DNA of 64,000 bases. Source: Octopus vulgaris. Taxonomy: Eukaryota. The translations under genes were made by a program, and so were the position numbers. The notes under the pieces were generated by a model. That model was not told the origin of the DNA. It did not search any database and was given only the letters and a program-made list of their open reading frames with translations. The DNA is taken from NCBI GenBank assembly GCA_951406725.2, contig OX597824.1, positions 20,584,001 to 20,648,000 on the forward strand, in the 5' to 3' direction. Below are positions 13,582-26,485 of this stretch, in pieces (position 1 is the stretch's first letter; each line of letters begins with the position of its first letter).

Positions 13582-13805
13582 GCAAGCCCAGGCTTCGCTG
13601 CTTGTCAGGCTGAGAAGGGCAGACTGTCACAGTATCGGCCGCTCTCTGACAGGTTAGTGGTAGAGCCAGTGACAGTGTTCGCGGCCCCCGGACCACATCT
13701 CAGCTCACCGCTACCGAGGCGGATATAGCTATCTGCAAGTGTGACTCCCGTGTGTCAAGGTGGCTGTTACATCACATCTTCCTCGCCATCCTACACCATT
13801 TAGTC
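13582..13805 (+). mobile_element. Decayed CRE-like (REL-endonuclease) non-LTR retrotransposon, C-terminal fragment
   Basis: PGFAACQAEKGRLSQYRPLSDRLVVEPV...(frameshift)AICKCDSRVSRWLLHHIFLAIL resembles the CRE-clade tail AA..AE..K..KY..L...F.P...GD.RE..WL.QRIS.AI. Confidence 0.55.
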
Positions 13806-13939
13806 CGCTGGGAACATGAGACGAATATGAGACAAGCCTATTTAGATAAACACTAAAGTTCATGAACTGGTGTCAACTCAATACCAAACCTATTTCTAAT
13901 GTAAAGAGAAAGAATGTAAACAAAAATGTTACGTTATGT

Positions 13940-13973
<34 letters not shown>

Positions 13974-14083
13974 CAGCAAGAAGGGTTAAACATATCACGT
14001 GATAAAATTTCATTTCCCGCAAAGAGAATAACGAATCAATGAAAACCGAATTATTCGATAACATGTTGGTGCCGATATGTGAG

Positions 14084-14135
<52 letters not shown>

Positions 14136-14624
14136 TATGTGTGTGTGCGTGTGTGCGCGTGCGTGTTGTGTTTTTCAATGGTCAAATCAGAGGAAGAAAG
14201 GCAGCGGCCTTCTCCTTTTCAGAGTCCTGAAGACTGGTTGGAGACAAGGAGTTAATTAAGTTATATATTTTCTATCTGCTTTTTTTTTTCAACAAAGAAT
14301 TTCAATTAATTAAAACAACTTGGCTCACTGCGTGGTTAATACTGAATTAACTATTATCTATTTGTTTTTATCTTCACCTTAACAAAGATTGCACCATAGA
14401 GATTGGCCTTCCTTTTCCGAGCCAGAAAATATATTCCTTTATAAAGCTCAGCTGACACTCACACTGTAGTATTGATCCCACATCTGGGACAGTGGTGCTA
14501 CAGCACAAGGCCATATCCAGATAAAAAAGAAAACGAGCCAACTTATATGACTGGAATGGAGTCGTCCACCAACATTCTCCAACCTCAAACCTACAGATTA
14601 TGCGGTTTTCTTAAGTTGCCTCTT

Positions 14625-15036
14625 CTTATTTCTTTACTGCCCACAAGGTGCTAGACACAGAGGGGACAAACAGGGACAGACAAACGGATTAAGTCGATTA
14701 CATCGGCCCCAGTGCGTAACTGGTACTTATGTAATCGACCACGAAAGGATGAAAGGCAAAGTCACCACGGCGGAATTTAAACTCAGAACGTAACGGCCAA
14801 CGAAATACCTATTTCTTTATTACCCACAAGGGGCTAAACACAGAGGGGACAAACAAGGACAGACATAGGTATTAAGTCGATTACATCGACCCCAGAGCGT
14901 AACTGGTACTTAATTTATCGACCCCGAAAGGATGAAAGGCAAAGTCGACCTCGGCGGAATTTAAACTCAGAACGTAACGGCCGACGAAATACCGCTAAGC
15001 ATTTCGCCCATCGTGCTAACGTTTCTGCCAGCTCGC
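14625..15036 (-). mobile_element. SINE family A, two modules
   Basis: Consensus match. Confidence 0.9.
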
Positions 15037-15878
15037 CTAGCGTTATTATGGTATTCTCTGCTCCTCGATTGATCTGGTCTCCTTCTACCCACTTTCATTC
15101 ATTTGTCTCTCCACTTTCCGTTACCCATAGACTTTCCACCCTATCTAACCCCTAAAAAGCAGCCATTCTTGCTCAGAACATCAGGCCTCTGGAATCCTTG
15201 TCCATGTTTTTTGCTGTTTTTTTTTAAATTCTCGTTGTTTCTTTTTTAGCCCTCAGCTCAAATTTTCTCTGCATTTATTAAATGCAGAAACTGGCAGTTT
15301 TTGAACACTGACTGTTCAAAATGAACATAAACCGCATCAGTATCACAGGTCCCGAAGAGTCTACAAAGCCACAGCCCTTTACTGTAGACAAGGGGTCGGT
15401 AAACTTCAATCACCCACCCCTTCATGAAACCGTTCATAATTTATCGATTCCCATCTTGCAAACTCCTAAACTGAAATTAAAAAGTATAAAATTAATGAAA
15501 GAATTTCTTGATTTAAAAAGAATAATTCCTTCGTTCTTTCGTGTCATTAGCGCCTTTTTATAAGAAATATTTAAAGAGCTTTAATGAAAGTACTTAACAA
15601 AATTGATGAAGAGCACTAAAAATTCAGTCATATTTTATTGATGTTGTCGTAACATTTAATTTGAAATATGTTTGGTAAATGAATACTAGTTATTGCATCA
15701 ATATTTGGCAGGACATTAATGAGGTTTAGCCTTAAATTATCCTACATTCAGTTCCTGAATAATTCAGCGCCCTTAGTGCTCAAAGTTGTTTAAATTATTT
15801 TTCGACCCCTAGGGAAGCTACGTAGTCCACTGGTCAACATTAATCGCTTTGCCGACCGACTCTGCTTTAGACGAAGCT

Positions 15879-15909
<31 letters not shown>

Positions 15910-15913
<4 letters not shown>

Positions 15914-16230
15914 TTTTCTATTTTAGGTGTGAGGGAACTAGTCGATAGTCGATTATATCGACCTCAATTCTCGACTGGTAATTATTTCATCGACCCCGAA
16001 AGAATGAAAGGTAAAATCGGAATTTGAACTCAGAACGTGATGACGAACGGAATGCCTCTAATAATCTCTTCTGCTATATCCAGAAGGGCAACAATTTGGG
16101 GGAATTGCTTAGTGGGTTACATCGACCCCAGTGTGCAACTAGTACCTAATTATTCGATCCCGAAAGGATGAAAAACAAAGTCAACTTCGGTGGGATTTGA
16201 ACTCAGAACGCAGAAGACGGACGAAATGCT
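15910..16230 (-). mobile_element. Degenerate SINE family A, two modules
   Basis: The cgaccccgaaag..tgaaag and aatttgaactcagaacg motifs each occur twice. Confidence 0.75.
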
Positions 16231-16732
16231 GCTAATAATAAGAACTGTCACGCAGCCAAATATCTGAACCGGATTTGAACTCATTATCAACAGGCAAACT
16301 AGTAGCCCACAATACATTATTTTCATGAGTTCGAATAACACAAAGATGTTTTGTTTTCATCACAGATCAAGAGCCTTCACGCCCACCACTCATAAAGCTT
16401 TCCAAACTGAATGTTCTTTTTATTATTAGCATGGCGCCACTGACTATACTGATGGCAGATCCTGTCAATAACGTCTGTTGAAGTTCCTCACTCCCTTCGT
16501 CTTTATTTAATTATGGTTAGTTGTTCTATAGATAAACCCACCCTACTCACTGCCCGGGGTCTTCGTTTAACTATAGTTAAGCATTATGTCGGAAAGAAAG
16601 CAGTTGTCGTTTTGTTAACGCCAAAATACGAAGAAGAATTCGTTAGTAAGTGCTATGAATCATCTCAACCGACCAACCTAAAGTGAATCATGAACTTATG
16701 AATAGAAGTGGGACTAAACGAACAGAAATATT

Positions 16733-17372
16733 ATTTTCTACTCCAGGCACAAGGCCCGAAATTTGTGGGGAGGGGGCCAGTCGATTAGATCGACCCCAGT
16801 ACGCAACTGGTACTTAATTTATTGACCCCCGAAAGGATAAAAGGCCAAGTCGACCTCGATGAAATTTGAACTTAAAACATAAAGACAGACGGCCTACTAA
16901 CGTTTCTTATTTCTTTATTGCCCCACAAGGGGCTAAACATAGAGGAAGACAAACAAGGATAGATAAAGGGATTCAGTCGATTACATCGACTCCAGTACGC
17001 AACTGGTAGTTAATTTATCGACCCCGAAAGGATGAAAGGCAAAGTCAACCTAGGCGGAATTTGAACTCACAACGTAGCGGCAGACGAAATACCTATTTCA
17101 AGGGGCTAAACATAGAGGGGACAAACAAGGATAGACAAACGGATTAAGTCGATTACATCGACTCCAGTGCGTATCTGGTACTTATTTAATCGACCCCGAA
17201 AGGATGAAAGGCAAAATCGACCCAGTTGCGTACTGGGGTCGATCTAATCGACTGGCCCCCTCCCCACAAATTTCGGGCCTTGTGCCTGGGGATATGAACT
17301 CAGAACGTAACGGCAGACGAAATACTGCTAAGCATTTAGCCCGGCGTGCTAACGTTTCTACCAGCTCGCCGA
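16733..17372 (-). mobile_element. SINE family A, three modules, with an internal 68-bp inverted duplication
   Basis: Consensus match; 17222-17289 is the reverse complement of 16743-16810. Confidence 0.9.
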
Positions 17373-17491
17373 CTTATTAAACGAATAGAGATATTGTTTA
17401 ATATATGTATTTAAGTATGCCTCTGTATGCGTCCAAATATAGGCGTGTGTGTGTGTGTGTGTACGTATGTATATATATATATGTATAAGTA

Positions 17492-18007
17492 CCGTAAATC
17501 CTCGAGTATAATTCGCACTTTTTTCCCAAAATTTAAAGGCCAAAATCCCTAGTGCGTACTATATACGAGGTTGAAAATGAAAATTATTTTCTAAGTAATG
17601 TCCGAGTCTCTATTTGCTGTCCAGCAATGTTTATTCAGACGCATTTTGTGATATCGGGTGTGAAAATACCTTAAGCTAAGCCTGAAAGCAATGAAGTCAT
17701 GAAAGAATCATCCATAACTTGCAATAAGCAACATTTATTAAACGTTATTACTGTTATTTCTTTATTTTCTGCAAACAAAATGCACAAAAAAGCTACACGT
17801 TTGCATTATGTTGTATGTACAATAATAATAAAGGACGTTACCGTATACAGTTTTACAAACCAAGGACGTTATATAGACCTCCTTGACTCAAGTTAGAGAA
17901 GGGGTGCGTATTATACACAAGGTTTAGGTTTTTCAAAGTTACACCCCACCCCCTAAAAATCCCCTTCGTATTATACTCAAGAGCGGACTATACTCGAGGA
18001 TTTACGG
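17492..18007. mobile_element. pogo/Tc2-like MITE
   Basis: TA|CCGTAAATCCTCGAGTATA ... TATACTCGAGGATTTACGG|TA: perfect TIR with TA TSD; subterminal gcgta.tata repeats. Confidence 0.9.
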
Positions 18008-18249
18008 TATATGCATATATGTATATATATATGTATAGACATACATTGGCGTATATACATTAACGTGCCAATCTGATGCTCTCGCTTGCTGTGTGGAAGT
18101 TGTCTCCATTGTCAGTACATAGAACTGTGCTTGTTCGTGGTTAAAGAGTTTCTAACTCTTATTTCTAGTAACGCTGGTGCTGTCCTTCACACTTAGTCAC
18201 TTTTTGTGACGGTGGATTTTTCCGTTTTTGGTCTTAAATATGTATATAT

Positions 18250-18519
18250 ATATAGTTCAAATTTACAGAAAACAATAGACGCTCTTCGACAGAAAGGATT
18301 AAGAGGGGGGGTGGAATGGAGAGAGAATGAAAAAAAAAACAGAGAGAAGAAATGTGCAGAGTTCAACAGTCCAACATGGCGAGATGACCGGATATTAGAT
18401 AAGAGCGCGCTTAAGTAATATTAAGTTCTCTTCAGAGATGGCATGTATGGATAAAAAGAGAAGAGCATGTGCTGTTACATAACCGGGTTATTATCTAATA
18501 ATCCGTTACTTAATACCCA

Positions 18520-18561
<42 letters not shown>

Positions 18562-19135
18562 CAATATTACTTAGAATAACAGTAACACAAACAAAAAGGG
18601 CTGTTAAGCCGAACGAGATAAAGGCTACTACTGTCTTACTTCTCCTGGCTACCTTCAAGTAGAGACGGCACATCTGTTGCTCCCTCGCCGTTCTCAAAAA
18701 ATAGCGTTCGTAAAATTTTTTTATCTCGTTCGGCTTAACAGCCCTTCTTGTTTGTGTTACTGTTATTCTCCTTGTCCTGTCTTTTACTGTTTATATTTTG
18801 TATTGTCGTTACTGTCCTGTTTTTGTTACCATTTTTACCCCTCTGCAAAAAAATCTCAAATTTTATTTAATTTGGTTTTCGCGGGAAGGATTGTCTCCTT
18901 AAAGTCATGTATCGCCTTGACCTTCGAAACGTGGAGTAGATGAAACAAAGGCGACTGAAGAAGGGGAATTTTCCTTGTTTTGTATGTCCTGCACTCTATT
19001 TTTTCGTTGTTTAAGAAAAATGTCCATTTCCTTGGTTTTGTGTTTATGTTTTCGTTTCTCATTGTGTTCGACGTTTTTTTGGTGTCCTGTACCCATATAT
19101 GCATGTATATATACATGTAGAGGTAGGTACGTACA
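18250..19135. mobile_element. PLE pLTR-derived fragments with a 50-bp inverted repeat
   Basis: Arms 18573-18622 and 18720-18769; cgctcttcgacagaaagg (18281) matches the HHR-bearing pLTR family; ctgaagaagggg at 18956. Confidence 0.55.
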
Positions 19136-19677
19136 TATATGTATGTATATATGCTTATGTTTTATTTATTTATTAATTTATATATATATAATATATATAT
19201 ATTAGATATTTATTTATTTATTTACATATTTCCACGGCCTTATGTGGCAGCAGAGTCAAATTGTCAGCTGTACGAACGACGATGTGAAAACTTTTAGGAG
19301 TAACCTCTTTGAGTCCTTCTATCAAATTTTTAAAAGGATTATGATAAAGAATGCGTTACATTTGCATATTGAGTTCTGTAATTTATCACTGTAAGCTCAA
19401 TCGACACAAATTAATATATACATATATGTGTGTATGTATGTGTGAGTATATACGTAAACACTCACTCACTAACACACCCACATGACCTTTATTCTTGTAA
19501 CAAAATTCTGGTTGTTGTACTAACAAAAACTATAAATAAGAAAGGGGTGGCTTTGGCTATTTCCAAATGTTTTTAACTTTACGAATAACAACAGTAGGGT
19601 GTTTGGGAAAAATATCAGGGTCTTAGCTAACATTACTGTCAAACCAAACAGGCAGGGGAGACAACGATATACGTTTC

Positions 19678-20270
19678 TTATTTCTTTACTGCCCACAAGG
19701 GGCTAAACACAGAGGAGACAAACTAGGACAGACAAAGGGATTAAGTCGACCCCAGTGCGTAACTGATACTTAATTTATCGACTCCGAAAGAATGAAAAGC
19801 AAAGCCGACCACGGCGGAATTTGAACTCATAACGTAGCGGCAGACGAAATACCTATTTCTTTACTACCCACAAGGGGCTAAACACAGAGAGGACAAACAA
19901 GGACAGACAAACGGATTAAGTCGATTATACCGACCCCAGTGCGTAACTGGTACTTATTTAATCGACCCCGAAAGGATGAAAGGCAAAGTCGACCTCGGCG
20001 GAATTTGAACTCAGAACGTAGCGGCAGACGAAATACCTATTTCTTTACTATCCACAAGGGGCTAAACACAGAGAGGACAAACAAGGACAGACAAACGGAT
20101 TAAGTCAATTACATCGACCCCAGTGCGTAACTGGTACTTATTTAATCGACCCCGAAAGGATGAAAAGCAAAGTCGACCTCGGCGGAATTTAAACTCAGAA
20201 CGTAGCGGCAGACGAAATACCGCTAAGCATTTCGACCGGTGTGCTAACGTTTCTGCTAGCTCGCCACCTT
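19678..20270 (-). mobile_element. SINE family A, three modules
   Basis: Consensus match; imperfect TSD caacga..tacgtttct. Confidence 0.9.
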
Positions 20271-20944
20271 CAACGACGTACGTTTCTGGTAACTATTTGA
20301 CATCATCAGCGGACATGTATCCTTCGCCATTATCGTTGGCGCTGTAGTGAAGCGCTTATCATATTGAATTATTCATAAGAACATCGAGTGGAAATGAGAT
20401 TAATTGAATTAAACGATCAACTATAAATAACATCCCGTTTACAAATATAACTATAAACACGTCTTTATACAGGAAAACTGTTTCTTTTTCTATTTCTTGA
20501 TAAACTATATAATATAGACAACAGCTCACGAACGTTCCTCAGTCGAACGCACGCACTCACACATCCACTCACACAAACATACATATAAACATGCTTCCTC
20601 CTCGCGCACGCATATGCACACGCAGAGTGTTTGTAACACAACCCTATCTTTAATTACGAAAACACTTCACATAATACTCAATGCAATTCCACGTATTTGT
20701 AAGCAACAGTATATAAACAGACAAGTTATGTAGAGTGCAAATGAGACTCATACCAGGATGGTTTTAAGACGCACTTCTTGACACTTCATCTTTGCGGAGC
20801 AGTATGTAAAACAATGCAGCCTGTCAGAGCCCATCCACTCGCAGACAGCACCACTGGCATCTCCGCCGTTATGTAGACTATGTGGGACAATACTGCCTGT
20901 CAGAGCCAACCTGTCTCCGGTTTACATAACAGATGTACTATACC

Positions 20945-21364
20945 TATTTATTTACTAGCGACAAGGGGCTAAACACAGAGAGGACAAACAAGGACAGACA
21001 AATGGATTAAGTCGATTATATCGACCCCAGTGCGTAACTGGTACTTATGTAATCGACCCCGAAAGGATGAAAGGCAAAGTCGACCTCGGCGGAATTTGAA
21101 CTCAGAACGTAACGGCAGACGAAAGACCTATTTCTTTACTACCCACAAGGGGCTAAACACAGAGAGGACAAACAAGGACAGACAAATGGATTAAGTCGAT
21201 TATATCGACCCCAGTGCGTAACTGGTACTTATGTAATCGACCACGAAAGGATGAAAGGCAAAGTCGACCTCGGCGGAATTTGAACTCAGAACGTAACGGC
21301 AGACGAAATACGACTACACATTTCGCCCGGCGTGCTAACGATTCTGCCAGCTTGCCGCCTTAAT
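20945..21364 (-). mobile_element. SINE family A, two near-identical modules
   Basis: 14-bp TSD agatgtactatacc (20931, 21365). Confidence 0.9.
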
Positions 21365-21388
21365 AGATGTACTATACCACACACACAA

Positions 21389-21757
21389 AGGCGTGGTTGT
21401 GTGGTAAGAAATTTGGTTCCCAGCCACATGGTTCCGAGTTCAGTTTCACAGCGTGGTACCTTGGACAAATTTCTTATATAGCCTCAGGTCGACCAAAGCC
21501 TTGTAAGTGGATTGGGTAGATGGAAACTGAAAGAAACCCGTCGCATATGATTGTGTGTGTGTGTCCCGCAACGCCGCTTTACAACTGGTGTTGATTTGTT
21601 AATGTCCCCATAACTTAAAGTTCGGCAGAAGAGACCGATAGAATAAGTTCCAGGCTTAAAAAAAGATATATGAAATAGGAGTCGACTTGTCCGACTAATC
21701 TCCTCATGGCTGTGCCCCAACATGGCCAGAGTCAATCACTGAAACAAATAAAAGATA
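21389..21757 (+). mobile_element. SINE family B (diverged)
   Basis: Consensus match. Confidence 0.85.
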
Positions 21758-21768
21758 CAAGATGTGTA

Positions 21769-21883
<115 letters not shown>

Positions 21884-21910
21884 AAAAAAAAAAAAAAAAA
21901 ACACACATAC

Positions 21911-22131
21911 CAGGCCATGCTACTCCAGACTGATGACGAGCAAGACTCAGAAACTAGTCTCTAGATGCAGGCTTAGCTGGGTGGGGGTGCTTGTCTCCCC
22001 CTTGTTAACATAAGGACACAGGAAATGTGTCAAGGCCGACAGGAAGCGTTGATGCTTCCAAAGGCTAAATAGCGGTTGTGTGATTCCCTTTATGGGACTG
22101 TCACGTTAAGTTGACACTATACAACTGCTCT
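21911..22131 (+). mobile_element. ~220-bp hammerhead-containing structured element (retrozyme-like), copy 1
   Basis: Near-identical inverted copy at 31447-31667; HHR at 21924-21965; several internal hairpins. Confidence 0.65.
21924..21965 (+). ncRNA. Type I minimal hammerhead ribozyme
   Basis: tccaga CTGATGA c-gag-caaga-ctc-a GAAAC ta GTC tctaga: core, stem I (one mismatch), stem II and palindromic ACTAGT stem III. Confidence 0.7.
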
Positions 22132-22391
22132 CTCTCTATATATATATATATAGATATAGATATACACATATACACACACACACACACACAAACACGCAGA
22201 GTTAAGTATACAGTTACACTTCTATACATTGAATTTGACAGAAATTTATGGGTGAATGTTGTGGCTCAATCGAATGCGCAAGGAGCTGTGTAAGCGTTGA
22301 TTTGTGTGTTCGATTCTAGCTGGAGTTGGCTCATCATTTTTTCAGTCAACTGTTTGGATAAAGAATGTGGCTTTAAATCGGAGCATAGAGT

Positions 22392-22435
<44 letters not shown>

Positions 22436-22469
22436 ATATATGAAACCCTTCAATGTATGGTTATATCTA

Positions 22470-22860
22470 TTTCTTTTATCTTATACTTCTTTCAGTTACT
22501 GGACTGCAGTCATGCTAGGGTAACCACCATGAAGGGTTGTAGTTGAACAAATCAACCCCAGTACATATTTTTAAAGTCTGGTACTGGTTATATCGATCTC
22601 CTTCACCGAATCGCTAGCTCATGCCGACGTTCACAAACCAACACCAGTTGTCGAGTGGTGGTAGTGGTGGTGGTGGTGGTCTGAACAAACAGACACAAAG
22701 GCACATATACACACATGTACGACGGTCTTCCACGTAGTTTCCAACAACCAAATTCACGCGCAAGACATTTGTTGGCACGATGCTATATATAGTAGAAAAC
22801 ACTTGCCCAAGATGGCACGCTGTGGGACTGAATCAGAAACCCCATGATACAAAGCAAATG
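22470..22860 (-). mobile_element. SINE family B (old)
   Basis: Diverged reverse-complement match. Confidence 0.75.
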
Positions 22861-23142
22861 AGATCACAACTGACCCTCCTGTATTTTCTTTTACCCAAAG
22901 CCAGGAACTTTTCAGCAACCCCTTGTATAAATTCCTCTTCGTCAAAGATGACAACAGAGAATAGAATATGATGGGATATATTCTGAAGAATAAACGCTTT
23001 TCATAAGTAATTTATTTGAACTGTTAAAGCTTGAGATATAAAAAAATCTTTTGACTCATACATATATATACATATACATACACACACGTGCATACATGCA
23101 CACATATACACACACACACACACACACGCACACATATATACA

Positions 23143-23612
23143 GAGTGGCTGTGTGATAAGAAGATTGCTTCCCAACCACATGATTCCGGGTTCAGTCCCA
23201 CTGCGTAGCACTTTGGGCAAATGTCTTTTATTATAGTCTCAGGCTGACCAAAGCTTTGTGAGTGGATTTGGTAGACAGAAACTGAAAGAAACCCGAGGTA
23301 TGTATGTATGTATGTATGTATGTATGTATGTATTTGTGTATCTGTGTTTGTTCCCCCACCACCGCTTGACAACCGATGTTGGTGTGTTTACGTTCCTGTA
23401 AGCTAGTGGTTCGGCAAAAGAGACCGATATAGTAAGTACTAGGCTTACAAAGAATATGTCCTAGTGACGATTTCTTCGACTAAAGGCGGTGCTCCAGCAT
23501 AGCCGCAGTCAAATGACTGAAACGAGTAAAAGAATAAAAAAATATATACATACGGTGGTGCCCCAGCATGGCCGCGGCCTTCGGGCTAAAACATTTTAAA
23601 GGATTTAAGGAT
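23143..23612 (+). mobile_element. SINE family B followed by a second, variant tail
   Basis: Consensus match to ~23540, then ggtggtgccccagcatggccgcgg...(ttaaggat) repeats. Confidence 0.85.
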
Positions 23613-23699
23613 TTATACACATATGCACACGTACACAAACACACACATAAATATACACACATATACATGCATACATATAGATACAGAGAGAGAGAGAGA

Positions 23700-23761
<62 letters not shown>

Positions 23762-24506
23762 ACGCGCGTGTGTATGCGTGTGTGCTTATGTGCATAGTAC
23801 GAATTTCGTGTTTGTGTGCGCGCGTGCGCTTTTTCCAATGCTGATAGATTTACGACCGAGAGTGGAAATTTATCGCTGAAACAAATTTAGTTTGTCAGAT
23901 ATCCTCTCATTCAAAACTCTTATTTGAACACACACAAACAAACAGCTCTTATATTCCCACATTCAATGTCTAATTCTATTTACTTAAATTAGAATAGACG
24001 AAAACGGTTTTGTTCTGTTTGTTTATTTTTTGTTGTTTTTATTATTTTTTTGCGCTTGTGGCTTCCGTAATAATTCAAACCAGTAAAGAAAAAGAGAAAG
24101 ATGATAATTTACTGGAGAAAGTTTTCGTTCTGAATTGCTCTGCTTTAATCTCGAAATTCCAACGGGTTTTTTTTTATTATTATTAATTTTATTGGTACCT
24201 GGGAAAAATATAGCGTATTTGCTAGTGTATCACACCTCTGTATAAAATGCATCCTAACTTAGAGAAGAAAATTTGAGACAAATAATTATATTTAAACTGA
24301 AGCAAACAGATAATTCCTTTTCCAAAATTTTGAATATTTATGCCATAAATGTATTTTGAGTAGACTACAGCCACGGAAAAAGAAAATTGTGTTTCAGGAT
24401 TTCAAATAAGAAAAATGAAATATACAAAAAAGTTGCATAGAAATATACATAAACTTGGATACAGTTTATAACCAGGCTCAGCTCTGTGCCCAATCGTTCT
24501 CCTTGT

Positions 24507-24792
24507 GGAGGTACATGGCCCAGTGGTTGGAGCAGCGGACTTGCGGTCGAGGGATTGCGGGTTCGAATCTCAGACTGGGTGATGTGTGTGTTTAAAAGTG
24601 AAATGCCTAAGCTCCACGCAGCTTCGGCAGAAGGTAATGGCGAAACTTCTGCTGACTCTTTCGCCACAACTTTCTCTTACCCTTTCCTCCTGCATCTTGC
24701 AGCTCAACTGGCGTCCCGTCCAGGTGGGGAGCCTATACGCCAAGAAACCGGGAAACCGGCCCTTATGAGCCAGGCATGGCTCGAGAAGGAAC
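24507..24792 (+). mobile_element. SINE family C, tail b
   Basis: Matches 5668-5958. Confidence 0.88.
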
Positions 24793-24957
24793 CTATATAC
24801 CATCAGGGTTTCCACGACAAATTCTCAAACTAAAGCAAAGAAGTTGCATTTTGCCTTTTGAGAAATTACGATGCCATTGCAATGGCTCACGTCACATCAT
24901 TGTAAGCTTACAAGTGTAAATCCATGTTTTGAAACATGCTAAAAAGCTATCTCAATA

Positions 24958-25305
24958 ACATGATCATATTGAAATCGAGGTCGATACTGGTCCTTATGCA
25001 GGATCAACGCTGCTAAAACCCAAAGATGGAAGCACTCCGTCGGTTACGACGACGAGGGTTCCGGTTGATCCGAATCAACGGAACAGCCTGCTCGTGAAAT
25101 TAACGTGTAAGTGGCTGAGCACTCCACAGACACATGATCATATTGAAATCGAGGTCGATACTGGTCCTTATGCAGGATCAACGCTGCTAAAACCCAAAGA
25201 TGGAAGCACTCCGTCGGTTACGACGACGAGGGTTCCGGTTGATCCGAATCAACGGAACAGCCTGCTCGTGAAATTAACGTGTAAGTGGCTGAGCACTCCA
25301 CAGAC
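24958..25305. repeat. Perfect 174-bp tandem duplication (flank plus SINE tail)
   Basis: acatgatcatattgaaatcgagg... starts at 24958 and at 25132. Confidence 0.95.
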
Positions 25306-25588
25306 ACGTGTACCCTTAACGTAGTTCTCGGGGATATTCAGCGTGACACAGAGAGTGACAAGGCCGGCCCTTTGAAATACAGGTACAACAGAAACAGGAA
25401 GTAAGAGTGAGAGAAAGTTGTGGTGAAAGAGTACAGCAGGGATCGCCACCCCACCCCCTGCCGGAGCCTCGTGGAGCTTTAGGTGTTTTCGCTCAATAAA
25501 CACTCACAACGCCCGGTCTGGGAATCGAAACCGCGATCCTATGACCGCGAGTCCGTTGCCCTAACCACTGGGCCATTGCGCCTCCACC
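25202..25588 (-). mobile_element. SINE family C, tail a
   Basis: 10-bp TSD acccaaagat (25192, 25589). Confidence 0.9.
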
Positions 25589-25972
25589 ACCCAAAGATAC
25601 CGCACGTGTCTCAAGCAATAGAATTCCCATTCACATTTACGCACAAAGAATTTCCTGTCAAACCAGCCTTCGCCTCGATATGAAACAGGGTACGGGGTCA
25701 GACATTTAAACAAACTGGAATGTATCTTTCAACACACAATTCTTCTCACAAGGTCAGTTGTATGTCATTTTATCTAGAGTTCGGAAGAAGGTTAATGTGA
25801 AAAAAATTGGCTGAGAGAAATGGAAACAGTATATTTACTGACTATTCTGTCGACAAGGAGATTCTACTTTAGAGTAAAATATAGCTTTTTTAGCATGTTT
25901 CAAAATATGGAATTACATTTCCATTTTTGAAAGATTACATAGATTTTGTGAAGGAATAAATTTTTCAAGTAA

Positions 25973-26485
25973 TCTATATATATAAAACTGTAGTTGTGTG
26001 AGTGTCTGTCCCCTTCGATTTAGATTCCTAACTACTCCCAAATTTTGCGGTGCAGTTTAACCAAATTCGGGTATCTTATAGTCGTAATTCATATCGAGCC
26101 CGTCTGGGTATTAGCGCGCGTCTACGATGAGTCTACGATTTAAAAAATAATTTAACATCATTTTTTATTCCATTTTAATGCATAATTTTTCGTGTGTCGA
26201 TGGCGGCGGAGTTGGCGTCCACGCTCACATCTGCACCTGTTTGCTTCTCCCCCTTCTTCCCTCCCTCGTGAAGCTGTGGGGAAGGGAGTGTAAGGAAATC
26301 AACGTCGTAAAGCGTTGTCAAGGAGACCAGCGTTCTTTTAGAACAACGACTTCATGGCTTGAAGACACCAAAACAGAAATGGCTAAGAAAGCCCGAATTG
26401 GCATCTATAAGGGAAGTAACTCTCTAAAAATGCTTATATAGTTATTTCCCTTACAAACCCGAGCAACGCCGGGCGATACTGCTAG
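25973..26485 (+). mobile_element. Non-autonomous Helitron, family H1
   Basis: A|TC...CTAG|T ends, 3' hairpin cccgagcaacgccggg, no TSD; near-identical to 36234-36748. Confidence 0.85.

Noticed and set aside
21913-22075. HDV-like ribozyme reading of the 220-bp element (ggccttg/caaggcc as P1)
   Set aside because: There is no L3 CC for P1.1 and no clear P2; the hammerhead reading fits better.
26178-26441. ORF repeated at 36456-36704
   Set aside because: It lies inside duplicated Helitron copies, has no recognisable domain, and the N-termini differ by a frameshift.
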